A DNA stretch of 64,000 nt from a virus. This document shows, piece after piece, positions 29,061 to 38,592 of the stretch (positions are counted from its first letter, which is position 1; each line of letters starts with the position of its first letter). The translations under genes and the position numbers were made by a program. The stretch covers positions 38,656 to 102,655 of IMG/VR virus record IMGVR_UViG_3300033148_007408. One strand, 5' to 3'. Under the pieces are notes generated by a model, which was not told the origin of the DNA, did not search any database, and was given only the letters and a program-made list of their open reading frames with translations.

Positions 29061-29727
29061 AAAATGTTTAAAATGCAACGAGAACAAACATTTAGAAGAA
29101 TTTTGCAAAGATAGGCTTTGCAAGGATGGGTATAGAAATGTTTGTAAGGAATGTTATAACGCTCGCAAAAAAGAGTTGGTCAACCCGAAAAAAAGAGCTA
29201 AGAAATATCAGGAAAACAAAGAAAAAAATAAGAAGAGGGCAAGGGAGTATTACTATAAAAACAGAGAAGACATTTTGAAGTATAAGAAGCAACATTATGA
29301 GCAAAATAAAGAAGATATTATAGAATATCACAGAGAATATAACGAAAAAAATAGAGAAGTTATAAATCAAAAAGCAAGGGTTTATAAAGATAAAAATCGT
29401 GAAAAAGTTAAAAGGTCAAATAGGCAGTACGACAGGAAGAGGAGAGATTTGCGAAAATCCATAGGAGAAAAATATACCAGTTTTGATGAAAAAGTTACTA
29501 GGATGGTGTTTGACAATGTATGTGCCAATTGTGGCTCTAAAGAGAATCTTCAAATAGACCATCACTATCCATTATCAAAAGGTTTTGCTCTTTCCATAAC
29601 AAATGCCGTGCTATTATGTAAAGATTGTAATTGGGCGAAATTTACTAAACTGCCAGAAGAATTTTACTCCAAGAGAAAGTTGACAAAAATAAATTTGTTG
29701 CTTAAAAAAGCAAAGGATTACAAATGA
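29050..29727 (+). CDS. HNH endonuclease with N-terminal CxxC...CxxC zinc finger; probable ATA start
   Basis: Frame extends upstream of TTG29176 (KKCLKCNENKHLEEF...NVCKEC); C-terminal CANCGS...IDHHYPLSKG...NAVLLCKDCNWAK; GGAGG at 29036-29040. Confidence 0.85.
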   Translation: MTHKKCLKCNENKHLEEFCKDRLCKDGYRNVCKECYNARKKELVNPKKRAKKYQENKEKNKKRAREYYYKNREDILKYKKQHYEQNKEDIIEYHREYNEKNREVINQKARVYKDKNREKVKRSNRQYDRKRRDLRKSIGEKYTSFDEKVTRMVFDNVCANCGSKENLQIDHHYPLSKGFALSITNAVLLCKDCNWAKFTKLPEEFYSKRKLTKINLLLKKAKDYK

Positions 29728-30797
29728 CTGAAAAAATTGCGTTAGTGGTAAGAGAACTTACCTATCTTAAGGCGCTTCATCCGATAATGGTGGAATTGAA
29801 AAAAGCAGGCCAACAATATATCATTTATCATTATGATATGTTTAGAGGCGCGAAGGAATATAATCGTGCGACCAGAAAGAAAATGGTACAATCGTCCAGA
29901 GAAGTGATGGCCGGCGCTAAGAAAATTAAGGCATTTGCGGACGAAAAAGAGTTACAAAAGGGTTTGTTACACGATAGAATAACTAAAATGGTGAGTTTGG
30001 AGATATGGCTGTGGGCTCGTAAGTATATGGATTTTTTTAAGAAACATAATATAAAAACATATTCTATTATGTATTTAACCGATAGTTTGTGGCAACCAGA
30101 TCCAAGATGTGCGACTTCGGTTTATAGAGTTTATTATTCCTCTCGGCATATTATGGAAAAACATCATAAATTTGCTGGAATTAAATATAATGAGGTTCGA
30201 GATAAATGCATAGGCTCTCCGATATTCGACTCGTTGGCGGAAGAAACAGAGGGGGAAGATATTTTAGTGTTGCTACCCAATATGCTGGCAGAGCATGTTA
30301 GAGCGACATTCGGCACCAAGGCAAACTTTAATAAAATCATCGAAAAAGTGTGCGAATATAAAAAGCCCATATTCAAAGCACGAAAGAAACAATGGATTCC
30401 CAAAATAGTTAAAAACGGGAAACATGAGATAATATTCGATGGGGCTCAAATGTATCCGCCTAAGATTTCGGAATTATTGCAGAGGTCGTTTGCTGTTGTA
30501 ATGTTTCTCTCTAGCGGTGTTTATGAGTGTGTATATAGTGGAAATTACGTAATAAACATAACTATTCCGGTTAAAAGATGGTCTTGGAGTAAAGATAAAA
30601 TGCAAGAGTATTTTTCAACCAAACCCCAAAGTTTATACAATTTCGAGGGGGTGATTGAAAGCCACTCACAAGAAGGCTTTTTATCTGGCGATTTTAACCC
30701 TCGGCGAATTGATAAAGATAAACAAAAAGATTGGGTTAAGTCGTTCGGTGTTGCCAGTGGGGCGTCAAATATTGCACAAGATATAATTAACAGTTAG
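29724..30797 (+). CDS. Divergent GT-B-fold (TagF/sialyltransferase-like) putative transferase, family B; paralog of 46595 and 51596
   Basis: Shared motifs LK.L.PI, YSI.Y..DS, RD..+GSP+FD, K.R.K, MF.SS.+YE.+..G.YVIN. Confidence 0.5.
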   Translation: MTEKIALVVRELTYLKALHPIMVELKKAGQQYIIYHYDMFRGAKEYNRATRKKMVQSSREVMAGAKKIKAFADEKELQKGLLHDRITKMVSLEIWLWARKYMDFFKKHNIKTYSIMYLTDSLWQPDPRCATSVYRVYYSSRHIMEKHHKFAGIKYNEVRDKCIGSPIFDSLAEETEGEDILVLLPNMLAEHVRATFGTKANFNKIIEKVCEYKKPIFKARKKQWIPKIVKNGKHEIIFDGAQMYPPKISELLQRSFAVVMFLSSGVYECVYSGNYVINITIPVKRWSWSKDKMQEYFSTKPQSLYNFEGVIESHSQEGFLSGDFNPRRIDKDKQKDWVKSFGVASGASNIAQDIINS

Positions 30798-30825
30798 TTT
30801 TTTTCGGTCAGACCTTCCAAAAAAA

Positions 30826-30969
30826 TCGCGTTCTTAAAAAATATCCTCCAAGTCGCGTTTTCTTAAAAATACTTTCCTAATAATTTCAACCACTTAAAAA
30901 AAATAATTCTGAAAATCTATCAATATTCTAAAAATCTATCCATAGTTGGGTATAAGGTGTGGGTATAAG
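30826..30969. repeat. Three pairs of short direct repeats in the intergenic region upstream of the HTH-PseB fusion
   Basis: TCGCGTT(TT)CTTAAAAA at 30826 and 30853; AAAATCTATC(A/C)ATA at 30912 and 30931 (class A motif); TGGGTATAAG at 30947 and 30960. Confidence 0.75.
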
Positions 30970-31033
30970 TTTTCTTAAATGGGCTTAAATAATGACATTG
31001 CTGGAAAGTAATTAAATCTGGGGTTTGAAACGC

Positions 31034-32215
31034 ATGGAACAATATTCAATAGGCGAAATGGCTAAAAAATTGGGAAAAAGCGTGAAAACCTTGCAGCGGT
31101 GGGATAAAAATGGGACACTATCGGCTTTTAGACATGCTTCCAATAGGCGTTATTATACCCAAAAACAATTTCTAGAAGCCTCCAACAGAGTCAATTATAT
31201 TAAAGATGGTACGGACTTGGATGCTGTTAGAAATAAAACGGTATTAATAACCGGGGCAACAGGGAGTCTCGGAACTAAACTCACGGCACGCATTTGTACT
31301 GTGGCCAAAAAAATTATTGTTTTTAGTCGGTGCGAATTAAAGCAAGCAAATATGCAGGCTCAGTTTTCCGATAAAGACAATATAAGGTATATGCTGGGAG
31401 ATATTAAAGACAAGGAAAGGTTAGATTCTGCCTTGGATGGTGTAGATGTTTGTGTCCACGCTGCTTGTTTTAAGAGAATAGACAGTTGTTCTTATAATCC
31501 CTTTGAGGCAATTAAAACCAACATTAATGGCTCCGTAAATGTTGCGGAGGCGTGTATTAAGCGACAGGTTAAAAAAGTAATTTTTGTTTCAACAGATAAG
31601 GCAACTGAGTCCGGTACGTTATATGGCGGAACAAAGTTTGTCGCAGAACAGATGTTTATCAATGCAAATAACTATTCTAGTCGTAACTCTACAATTTTTT
31701 CGATAGTCAGGTATGGGAATGTTTATGGCAGTAATGGGAGCGTTAGGCATATTTTTGAGAAACAGGCGGAAGAAAATGGTGTTATTGGCATAACACACCC
31801 GGAAATGACTAGGTTTTTTATGTCTCTTGATGATGCGTGTGATCTTGTTTTATTTTGTGCAAATGGTATGATTGGTGGAGAAATATACGTTCCGAAAATG
31901 AAATCCATAGAGATAGTAAAATATGCAGAAATCTTTGCACCAAATACTCCCATAAAAATTATAGGACTTCGTGGCCATGAGAAAATACATGAAAAGTTAA
32001 TCTCCGAAACGGAAATGCTATATGTGGTTAAATGTAATGAAAAGTATTACAAAATAATCCCGCCCCATGTTAATATTCCGGGATTGGGTTGGGACGTTAA
32101 TTATCCAGAAGAAAAAAAGACACATAAAGTTACCTTATCATCGAATACTGCAGAAAGATTTACCAACCAAGAAATTATGAAGTTTGAATGCGACTTAAGT
32201 AATAAGGATGCGTGA
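31034..32215 (+). CDS. pseB: UDP-GlcNAc 4,6-dehydratase (PseB/FlaA1 family) with N-terminal MerR/IS607-TnpA-type HTH
   Basis: N-terminal YSIGEMAKKLGKSVKTLQRWDKNG...RRYYT; then ITGATGSLG, FSRCELKQ, HAACFK, STDKA...LYGGTK, VRYGNVYGSNGSV, MTRFFM, GHEKIHEKL. Confidence 0.9.
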   Translation: MEQYSIGEMAKKLGKSVKTLQRWDKNGTLSAFRHASNRRYYTQKQFLEASNRVNYIKDGTDLDAVRNKTVLITGATGSLGTKLTARICTVAKKIIVFSRCELKQANMQAQFSDKDNIRYMLGDIKDKERLDSALDGVDVCVHAACFKRIDSCSYNPFEAIKTNINGSVNVAEACIKRQVKKVIFVSTDKATESGTLYGGTKFVAEQMFINANNYSSRNSTIFSIVRYGNVYGSNGSVRHIFEKQAEENGVIGITHPEMTRFFMSLDDACDLVLFCANGMIGGEIYVPKMKSIEIVKYAEIFAPNTPIKIIGLRGHEKIHEKLISETEMLYVVKCNEKYYKIIPPHVNIPGLGWDVNYPEEKKTHKVTLSSNTAERFTNQEIMKFECDLSNKDA

Positions 32216-33433
32216 ATGAGCAAACCAGCGATAGAAGGCGGAAATCCTATACGAGAGAATTTTCTAGTTTTTGGCCAGCCTCAGGTTACAAAAGAAGATA
32301 TTTCCGCAGTTACAGAAACAATGCAGTCTTGTTGGCTAGGCACTGGAAAGAAAACAACTGAGTTTGAACATAAGTTTGCTGAATATCAAGGGGTTAAACA
32401 CGCTATAGGCCTAAACTCGTGCACTTCTAGTCTCCTTTTAGGCCTATTGTCGCTGGGATTGAATTTTCGCGACGAAGTCATATGCCCTATTTTCACCTTT
32501 ACAGCCACTGCTAGCCAAATAATCCACAGCCGACTCAAACCCGTGTTCATAGACGCCCAAATGAAAACGCAAAATATCGAGGTGGCAAACATAGAGCAAG
32601 CAATAACCGCAAAAACTCGTGCAATAATTATAGTGCATTTTGCTGGATTGTCGTGCGAGATGGATGAAATAATTGACATATGTAAGCGATACAATTTATA
32701 TTTATTATGTGATTCCGCACATTGTATAGAAGGGACTTACAAAGGAAAACACTGTGGGACGTTTGGTGACATAGGATGTTTTTCATTCTACAGCACCAAA
32801 AATATGACGACAGCAACCGGCGAGGGCGGAATGCTTGTGTGCGAAGATGATAGAATAGCAGAGTTTGTGCGTAAAGCTTCTCTTCACGGTATGTCTAAAG
32901 GAGCACATAACAGATTCAATACAGGCGGTTTTAATCATTACAGCGTCGATATGTGTGGCTTCAAGAGTAACCTAACAGATGTACAATCATCAATGGCGAT
33001 GACTCAATTATCTCGAATCGAATTGAATTGGGAGAAACGTAGTAAGGTATGGGATAAATACATGAAAGCATTTGGGGCATTAGACAACTTATTATTTACC
33101 CCGCCGCCTGTACCAAAACATATCAAGCACGGGTATCATCTTTTCACTCTACACCTGAAAATAGAAAAGCTTAAGGTGGGACGAGATTTTGTTCTTAATG
33201 CGTTGGCCAAAGAGGGTATAGGGACCGGAGTGCATTATCTGTCTTTACATATGCACCCATATTATATGAACACTTTTAATTTATCCGCTGTAGATTTTCC
33301 ATGTGCGCAATGGGTTTCAGAGAGGACTATTTCATTACCGCTGTCACCAAAACTTACGGAAAAAGACACAGATGATGTGATAAAGGCGGTTTATAAAATA
33401 CTCAATTATTATAAGAAAGTTGGCTCGGTATGA
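32216..33433 (+). CDS. DegT/DnrJ/PseC-family PLP sugar aminotransferase
   Basis: NSCTSSL, FTFTATA, DSAHCI, FSFYSTKNMTTATGEGGM, GVHY, ISLPLSP. Confidence 0.92.
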   Translation: MSKPAIEGGNPIRENFLVFGQPQVTKEDISAVTETMQSCWLGTGKKTTEFEHKFAEYQGVKHAIGLNSCTSSLLLGLLSLGLNFRDEVICPIFTFTATASQIIHSRLKPVFIDAQMKTQNIEVANIEQAITAKTRAIIIVHFAGLSCEMDEIIDICKRYNLYLLCDSAHCIEGTYKGKHCGTFGDIGCFSFYSTKNMTTATGEGGMLVCEDDRIAEFVRKASLHGMSKGAHNRFNTGGFNHYSVDMCGFKSNLTDVQSSMAMTQLSRIELNWEKRSKVWDKYMKAFGALDNLLFTPPPVPKHIKHGYHLFTLHLKIEKLKVGRDFVLNALAKEGIGTGVHYLSLHMHPYYMNTFNLSAVDFPCAQWVSERTISLPLSPKLTEKDTDDVIKAVYKILNYYKKVGSV

Positions 33434-34113
33434 TTGATTTAGATGGAAAAAATATATTACTGACGGGCGATAAGGGTTTTTTGGGGAACAACCTTAAAAA
33501 CAAACTGCTCCAAGAGTTTGGTTGTAATGTCGTTGGTGTTGATTTGAATGTTTTTGATATAACGGATCCAAATGCCACCGAACAGTATTTTAACTCGATT
33601 GACCTTGAGTTTGATGGAGTGATTAATAATGCGGCAGTCAGTTTTAAGGGAAAGAATATTTCGAATAAAAAGTTTTTAGAAACGCTAAATGTTAATATTT
33701 TTGGCACATATAATGTAATGAAACATGTCCTCCCGAAAATAAAAAAAGGCGGAAGTGTGGTTAATATATCTAGCGTTTATAGTTTTGCAATTCCCAAATA
33801 TTCTATGTATGATGGGAACGAAGAACAATATAACAATATTTCATACGGTGCCAGTAAAGCAGCCGTAAACCAAATGACCAAAATAATGGCAGTGCAAATG
33901 GCACCGGACATAAGAGTAAATGCCGTTAGTCCGGGGGGAATAAGAGGGGATCAAAATATAGAGTTTGTTAAAAAATATTCCCAAAATGTTCCGCTCCAAA
34001 GAATGGTAGAGGTCGATGAGGTTATTGGCTGTATTGTATTTTTGCTGTCAGATATGTCTAGCGGTATAACGGGACAAAATATTTATGTTGATGGTGGTTT
34101 GGGGATTGTATAA
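33430..34113 (+). CDS. SDR oxidoreductase (PtmA-like)
   Basis: TGDKGFLG, INNAA, NISSVY, YGASKAA, RVNAVSPGG, ITGQNIYVDGG. Confidence 0.9.
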   Translation: MIDLDGKNILLTGDKGFLGNNLKNKLLQEFGCNVVGVDLNVFDITDPNATEQYFNSIDLEFDGVINNAAVSFKGKNISNKKFLETLNVNIFGTYNVMKHVLPKIKKGGSVVNISSVYSFAIPKYSMYDGNEEQYNNISYGASKAAVNQMTKIMAVQMAPDIRVNAVSPGGIRGDQNIEFVKKYSQNVPLQRMVEVDEVIGCIVFLLSDMSSGITGQNIYVDGGLGIV

Positions 34114-34937
34114 TGCAGAAGGTTTTTATAATAGCGGAAGCAGGCATAAATCATAATGGCGACGTAGAAGAGGCCAAGAGACTAATAGATGTTGCTCAAA
34201 AATCAGGGGCAAATGCTGTTAAGTTTCAGTCTTATCATACAGACTCGCGTGTTAAAAAAGATAATCCTGCCTATGAAATATTAAAAAAGTGCGAATTGTC
34301 CAAAGAAGAACAGATGTCTCTAATATCTCACGGAAAAGATATGGGAACAGAGGTATTTTTTACTGTTTTTGATTCCGACCATCTTTCATTTTTATTGAAT
34401 GATTGCGGAGCCCAAAGGATAAAATTGGCGTCTTTTGATATAGTTAATATGTCGTTTCTCCGAGAAATAAATCAGTATGCTAGAAGTGATTATAATTTGA
34501 ATGTATTACTATCTACCGGTATGTCTGACCTCCATGAAATAAATAATGCAAGAAACTGCTTAAGTAATGTATCTAATTTGACATTAATGTATTGTGTTTC
34601 TGCGTATCCTATAAAAGATGAAAGCCAAATAAATCTATCATCCATACAAACATTAAAATCGTTTGCATATGGTCCAATTAAAGTGGGGTATAGCAACCAT
34701 CATAAGTCATCCGATATTCCGTTATGGGCCGTTTTAATGGGCGCAAAAACAATAGAATGTCATTTTATGGAAAACGAAAATGACAAATGTGTTGATGCAC
34801 CAGTATCATTAGACAAAAAGATGTTTTCCGATATGGTAAATAAAATACGACGAGCTGAAACCATAATGGGCGATGGAGTGTTGGGGCTAAAGCAAATAGA
34901 AAAAGATGCTTTGGGTTTTAGGAGGGTTTCTGGGTGA
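34113..34937 (+). CDS. Nonulosonic acid synthase 1 (NeuB/PseI family), lacking the C-terminal AFP/SAF domain
   Basis: IIAEAGINHNGD, AVKFQ, IKLAS, LSTGM, CVSAYP, GYSNHH, IECHF. Confidence 0.9.
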   Translation: MQKVFIIAEAGINHNGDVEEAKRLIDVAQKSGANAVKFQSYHTDSRVKKDNPAYEILKKCELSKEEQMSLISHGKDMGTEVFFTVFDSDHLSFLLNDCGAQRIKLASFDIVNMSFLREINQYARSDYNLNVLLSTGMSDLHEINNARNCLSNVSNLTLMYCVSAYPIKDESQINLSSIQTLKSFAYGPIKVGYSNHHKSSDIPLWAVLMGAKTIECHFMENENDKCVDAPVSLDKKMFSDMVNKIRRAETIMGDGVLGLKQIEKDALGFRRVSG

Positions 34938-35779
34938 AAATTTCTTTTTACAGGGATCACGGTGCTATTCGTGAGATAGGCAAAGGGCATTTATATCGAA
35001 CCAAAGCAATTTCCCGCGAGTTAGCAAAGAGAGGTCACTCAGTAGCAAATATTGAAGATGATGTACTTTACTCCGATCTTGATGCATTAGTGATAGATCA
35101 TATACACAGCCAAAAAGAAATTATTATGAGAGCGAAACAAGCAAAAATAAAGGTAATTTTGATCGATGGGGCGGTAGAAGATGTTGCATTAGTTGATGTT
35201 AGTATTAGTGCAATGTATAATCCTATTGCTCAATTTTCAGGACTTAAATATGTATGTATTCCGACAGAGGGTCGTACTAATTACTATTCCGTCGGCAGAA
35301 AGAGTAAAAATGTATTCGTTGCGATGGGAGGATTTGACGCCAACAATATAGCAGAAATGATTGTCGATGCACTCGGGGGTATTGGATTATATGCGATAGT
35401 GGCTAAAAGTATAAATCATGACTTTGCGCCATATAGCAATATGGAGTTTTTCGAGGAAGAAAATTATTACGATGCTATGAACGAATGCACAATAGCAGTA
35501 ACAAACGGCGGACTTAGTCTTTTTCAACTTTTATATTATGGAATGCCCTGTGTAGCAATTCCGCAGTATAAACATCAATCTAAAAACATTTCTTTTGTGA
35601 GTGGTTGTTGTGTTAAGTGTATGCCGGAAAAAGATGAGATAAAAGAAAAAGTGAAATTTCTTATGGATGATGAGTATGCCAAAATCGATTTCAGTATATT
35701 TGGCTCTAACGTAATTGATGGTAAGGGGTGCGAAAGGGTTTGCGATATAATAGAAGGTGTTCATGATTCCGCTAATTGA
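34934..35779 (+). CDS. PseG/SpsG-like UDP-sugar hydrolase
   Basis: IGKGHLYRT, VAMGGFD, TNGGLSLFQ, HQSKN, IDGKGCERV. Confidence 0.82.
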   Translation: MKISFYRDHGAIREIGKGHLYRTKAISRELAKRGHSVANIEDDVLYSDLDALVIDHIHSQKEIIMRAKQAKIKVILIDGAVEDVALVDVSISAMYNPIAQFSGLKYVCIPTEGRTNYYSVGRKSKNVFVAMGGFDANNIAEMIVDALGGIGLYAIVAKSINHDFAPYSNMEFFEEENYYDAMNECTIAVTNGGLSLFQLLYYGMPCVAIPQYKHQSKNISFVSGCCVKCMPEKDEIKEKVKFLMDDEYAKIDFSIFGSNVIDGKGCERVCDIIEGVHDSAN

Positions 35780-36689
35780 TCGTAGGATTTTGCTTTTTGG
35801 TTCGCAGAAAATAGCCATAGATATTATAAATCTAATAAAAAAGCGGAAGTTTTGCGGAATGGACATGGAGACATATGTTTATCCCGAGTTAGTTGGTGTA
35901 ATAACTTCTGATGAGGAAAGAGACAGGCAGGGCGACAATCAATTAGTGTCAGAGTATTGTTTTCAGCAGGGCATTCCATCTTTTTGTTTTGAGGGAAAAA
36001 TAAACACCGAAATAATTAAGAAAATGAAACCCGATATAATATTCAGCGTGTATTATAGAAAAATGATTCCAAAAGATGTGTTAAGCATTCCGCATATGGG
36101 TTGTGTAAATCTTCACCCATCTTTACTTCCCAAAGATCGTGGTCCAAATCCAGTATATTGGTGCATTAGGCGGGGAGATAAGATAACGGGAACCACATTG
36201 CATTATATGGATGAAGGAATGGATACGGGAGATATTATAGACCAGAGGCAAGTACGAATTAATAACATGGCGGGCTTTAGGTTGGGCGAACAGTTAATGA
36301 AGTCGGGAGTTGATTTGTTTAGGTCCAATTACGCAGATATAATGTGCGGAAAGAATGATAGGATGGAACAGGACAGTACGTATATTGCCCCGACATGTAA
36401 TATTTTGTTTAATGATTTAATGCGTAAAATAAATTGGACCGAAAGTGCGGAAAGTATAATCAACCACATCAGGGCACACACTCGGCCTTATTCTGGTTCG
36501 ATTGCGGAAAATAAAAATGGCGGTCAGACTTTTTTGTGGAAGGCCGAGATATTACACGAGTTAAGGGGCAATAAAGGCCCGGGCAGTTATGAAATACGCA
36601 ATGGAGATTTAATTGTGCAGACTTATAATTCCCCCATTAGGGTTAAAGATTATACGGGCGAAATAAAACCAAAAGGAAGGTTTGTATGA
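35763..36689 (+). CDS. N-formyltransferase (Fmt/ArnA-like)
   Basis: NLHPSLLPKDRG, TGTTLHYMDEGMDTGDII, INW...IRAHTRPYSG. Confidence 0.92.
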   Translation: MIPLIDRRILLFGSQKIAIDIINLIKKRKFCGMDMETYVYPELVGVITSDEERDRQGDNQLVSEYCFQQGIPSFCFEGKINTEIIKKMKPDIIFSVYYRKMIPKDVLSIPHMGCVNLHPSLLPKDRGPNPVYWCIRRGDKITGTTLHYMDEGMDTGDIIDQRQVRINNMAGFRLGEQLMKSGVDLFRSNYADIMCGKNDRMEQDSTYIAPTCNILFNDLMRKINWTESAESIINHIRAHTRPYSGSIAENKNGGQTFLWKAEILHELRGNKGPGSYEIRNGDLIVQTYNSPIRVKDYTGEIKPKGRFV

Positions 36690-37459
36690 GTGTTGGAATT
36701 ATTATACAGGCTAGATCTGGGAGCAGTAGATTTCCACGTAAAATCTATGCCCCTTTTAATAATGGCAAAAATAGCATTCAGTGTATTTTAGAGGGAACAA
36801 AGAAAACCATTGTTCCGCATAAGATTGTGTTGGCTATGCCCAAAGATGACCAAAAAGAAATAGAAAAAAGATTGGCAGAAGGAGAATTTAACGAATATAT
36901 CGATAATAGGTTTGAGTTATTTATTGGGCTAGGTGAAGAAGACGACTTGGTGGATAGGTATTATGGGGCGATGAGGAAGTTCGATATAGATGTTTGTATG
37001 AGGATAACGGGAGACTGCCCTATGCACTGTGCCACTTCCGGTATGATGGATGATATGCTGCTGAAATATTTGGGCGAGAGAAAAAGCGTTTTTATGGGAA
37101 ATGATCTGTTAGTGTCACGAGTTCCTTATCCATGCGGAATTGACATGGAGGTATTCAATTACGAGATGATGTGCTGGGTTAAAATGCATGCGAAAACTGA
37201 TGCTGAATTAGAACATTGTGTAACTACCTTGTATGGAACTTTTTCACCCTTCGATTTATACGGTTACGAAAACATTAGGCCACAAATTCAAATATCAACA
37301 CGTATTTCTGATTTTTCCCTAGATACGCGTGAAGATTATGAATTGTTGAAAAAATTGATGAATGAATATGATAAATATCAAGACATAAACAAGGCGATAG
37401 AGAGTGTAAGCCTATCCAATATTAAAAAAACCAATATGAGCAAGAATTTTAGGCAATAG
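36686..37459 (+). CDS. SpsF-type nonulosonate cytidylyltransferase 1
   Basis: IIQARSGSSRFPRK, RITGDCP, PCGIDME, EHCVT, SLDTREDY. Confidence 0.9.
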   Translation: MSVGIIIQARSGSSRFPRKIYAPFNNGKNSIQCILEGTKKTIVPHKIVLAMPKDDQKEIEKRLAEGEFNEYIDNRFELFIGLGEEDDLVDRYYGAMRKFDIDVCMRITGDCPMHCATSGMMDDMLLKYLGERKSVFMGNDLLVSRVPYPCGIDMEVFNYEMMCWVKMHAKTDAELEHCVTTLYGTFSPFDLYGYENIRPQIQISTRISDFSLDTREDYELLKKLMNEYDKYQDINKAIESVSLSNIKKTNMSKNFRQ

Positions 37460-37473
37460 GGCGGGCGAGGGCG

Positions 37474-38592
37474 ATGAGAAAAAAACGAACTATAGAGGGG
37501 TGCCAAGAACATGCCGAGAGTAAGGGCGGGAAATGTATATCGGTAGAATATATCAATGCATGCACTAATCTCGAATGGGAATGTAAAGAAAAACACAGGT
37601 GGTTCGCAACTCCAAATAACATATTGAACAGTGGCACTTGGTGCCCGTTTTGTGTTAGAGTGGCACCATTAAATATTGAGATTTGCCAAGAGCATGCAGA
37701 AAGTAAAAAGGGGAAGTGTTTATCGACTGAATATATAAATGTGCATACTAAACTTGAATGGGAGTGTGAAGAGAGACATACATGGTTTGCAACACCAAAT
37801 AATATTTTGAACAAAGATCGATGGTGTCCCGAGTGCAATAGTCCCGCGCCTCTAACCATTGAAATTTGCCAAGAGTATGCAGAAAGTAAAAAGGGGAAGT
37901 GTTTATCGACTGAATATATAAATAACAAAACAAAACTTGAATGGGAATGTGAAGAGAAGCATACATGGTTTGCAACATCGAGCAGTGTGTTTAATAAAGA
38001 ATGTTGGTGTCCATATTGTGTCAAGAAGGCGAAGCTTACTATTGAAATATGCCAAGAGTATGCCAAAAGCAAAGGTGGAAAATGTTTATCGACTGAATAT
38101 ATTAATAACCACACAAAACTTGAGTGGGAGTGTGAAGAAAAACATCGATGGTTTGCTAAACCACATAATGTTCTAAATTGTGGCACCTGGTGCCCGCAAT
38201 GCAAAAATAAAACACAGAAAAAATTAACGGATATAATTAAGTCTATATTTCAGGATAAAACGGTGCTCTCGGGTTATACTGGGTTTATTTGGCTCAAAAA
38301 TAAAAGAACCAAAAAACACCAAGAGCTAGATATTTATATACCAGAACTTAAAATTGCCATAGAATATGATGGAGAACAACACTTTGGCCCAGTTCGGTTT
38401 AACGGTATATCAATGAAAAGGGCTAAAGAAAAATATAAAGACCAAAAGAGACGAGATAAAAGGAAAAACCGAGTAATTAAAGCACATCCGGAAGATGTAA
38501 AATATTTTATAAGAATACCCTGCGCCGACAAGAAGAAAATATCAGAAAAATATGTAAAAGAGAAATTGCAAGAAGCTGGAATTGAAATATGA
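37474..38592 (+). CDS. Endonuclease with four ~61-aa Zn-ribbon repeats and a C-terminal Vsr-like PD-(D/E)XK domain
   Basis: Four repeats of GKCLSxEYIN..TKLEWECxExHxWFA.P....WCPxC; ELDIYIPELKIAIEYDGEQHF. Confidence 0.88.
   Translation: MRKKRTIEGCQEHAESKGGKCISVEYINACTNLEWECKEKHRWFATPNNILNSGTWCPFCVRVAPLNIEICQEHAESKKGKCLSTEYINVHTKLEWECEERHTWFATPNNILNKDRWCPECNSPAPLTIEICQEYAESKKGKCLSTEYINNKTKLEWECEEKHTWFATSSSVFNKECWCPYCVKKAKLTIEICQEYAKSKGGKCLSTEYINNHTKLEWECEEKHRWFAKPHNVLNCGTWCPQCKNKTQKKLTDIIKSIFQDKTVLSGYTGFIWLKNKRTKKHQELDIYIPELKIAIEYDGEQHFGPVRFNGISMKRAKEKYKDQKRRDKRKNRVIKAHPEDVKYFIRIPCADKKKISEKYVKEKLQEAGIEI

Noticed and set aside
30798-32215. Intact IS607 element
   Set aside because: Only the HTH is present; there is no serine-recombinase catalytic domain and no TnpB.
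35763-36689. fmt (methionyl-tRNA formyltransferase)
   Set aside because: Its position between PseG-like and SpsF genes favours a sugar N-formyltransferase.
37449-38204. 251-aa minus-strand ORF with repeats, and other antisense ORFs in the track
   Set aside because: Shadow of the repetitive plus-strand nuclease gene; no RBS or independent motif.
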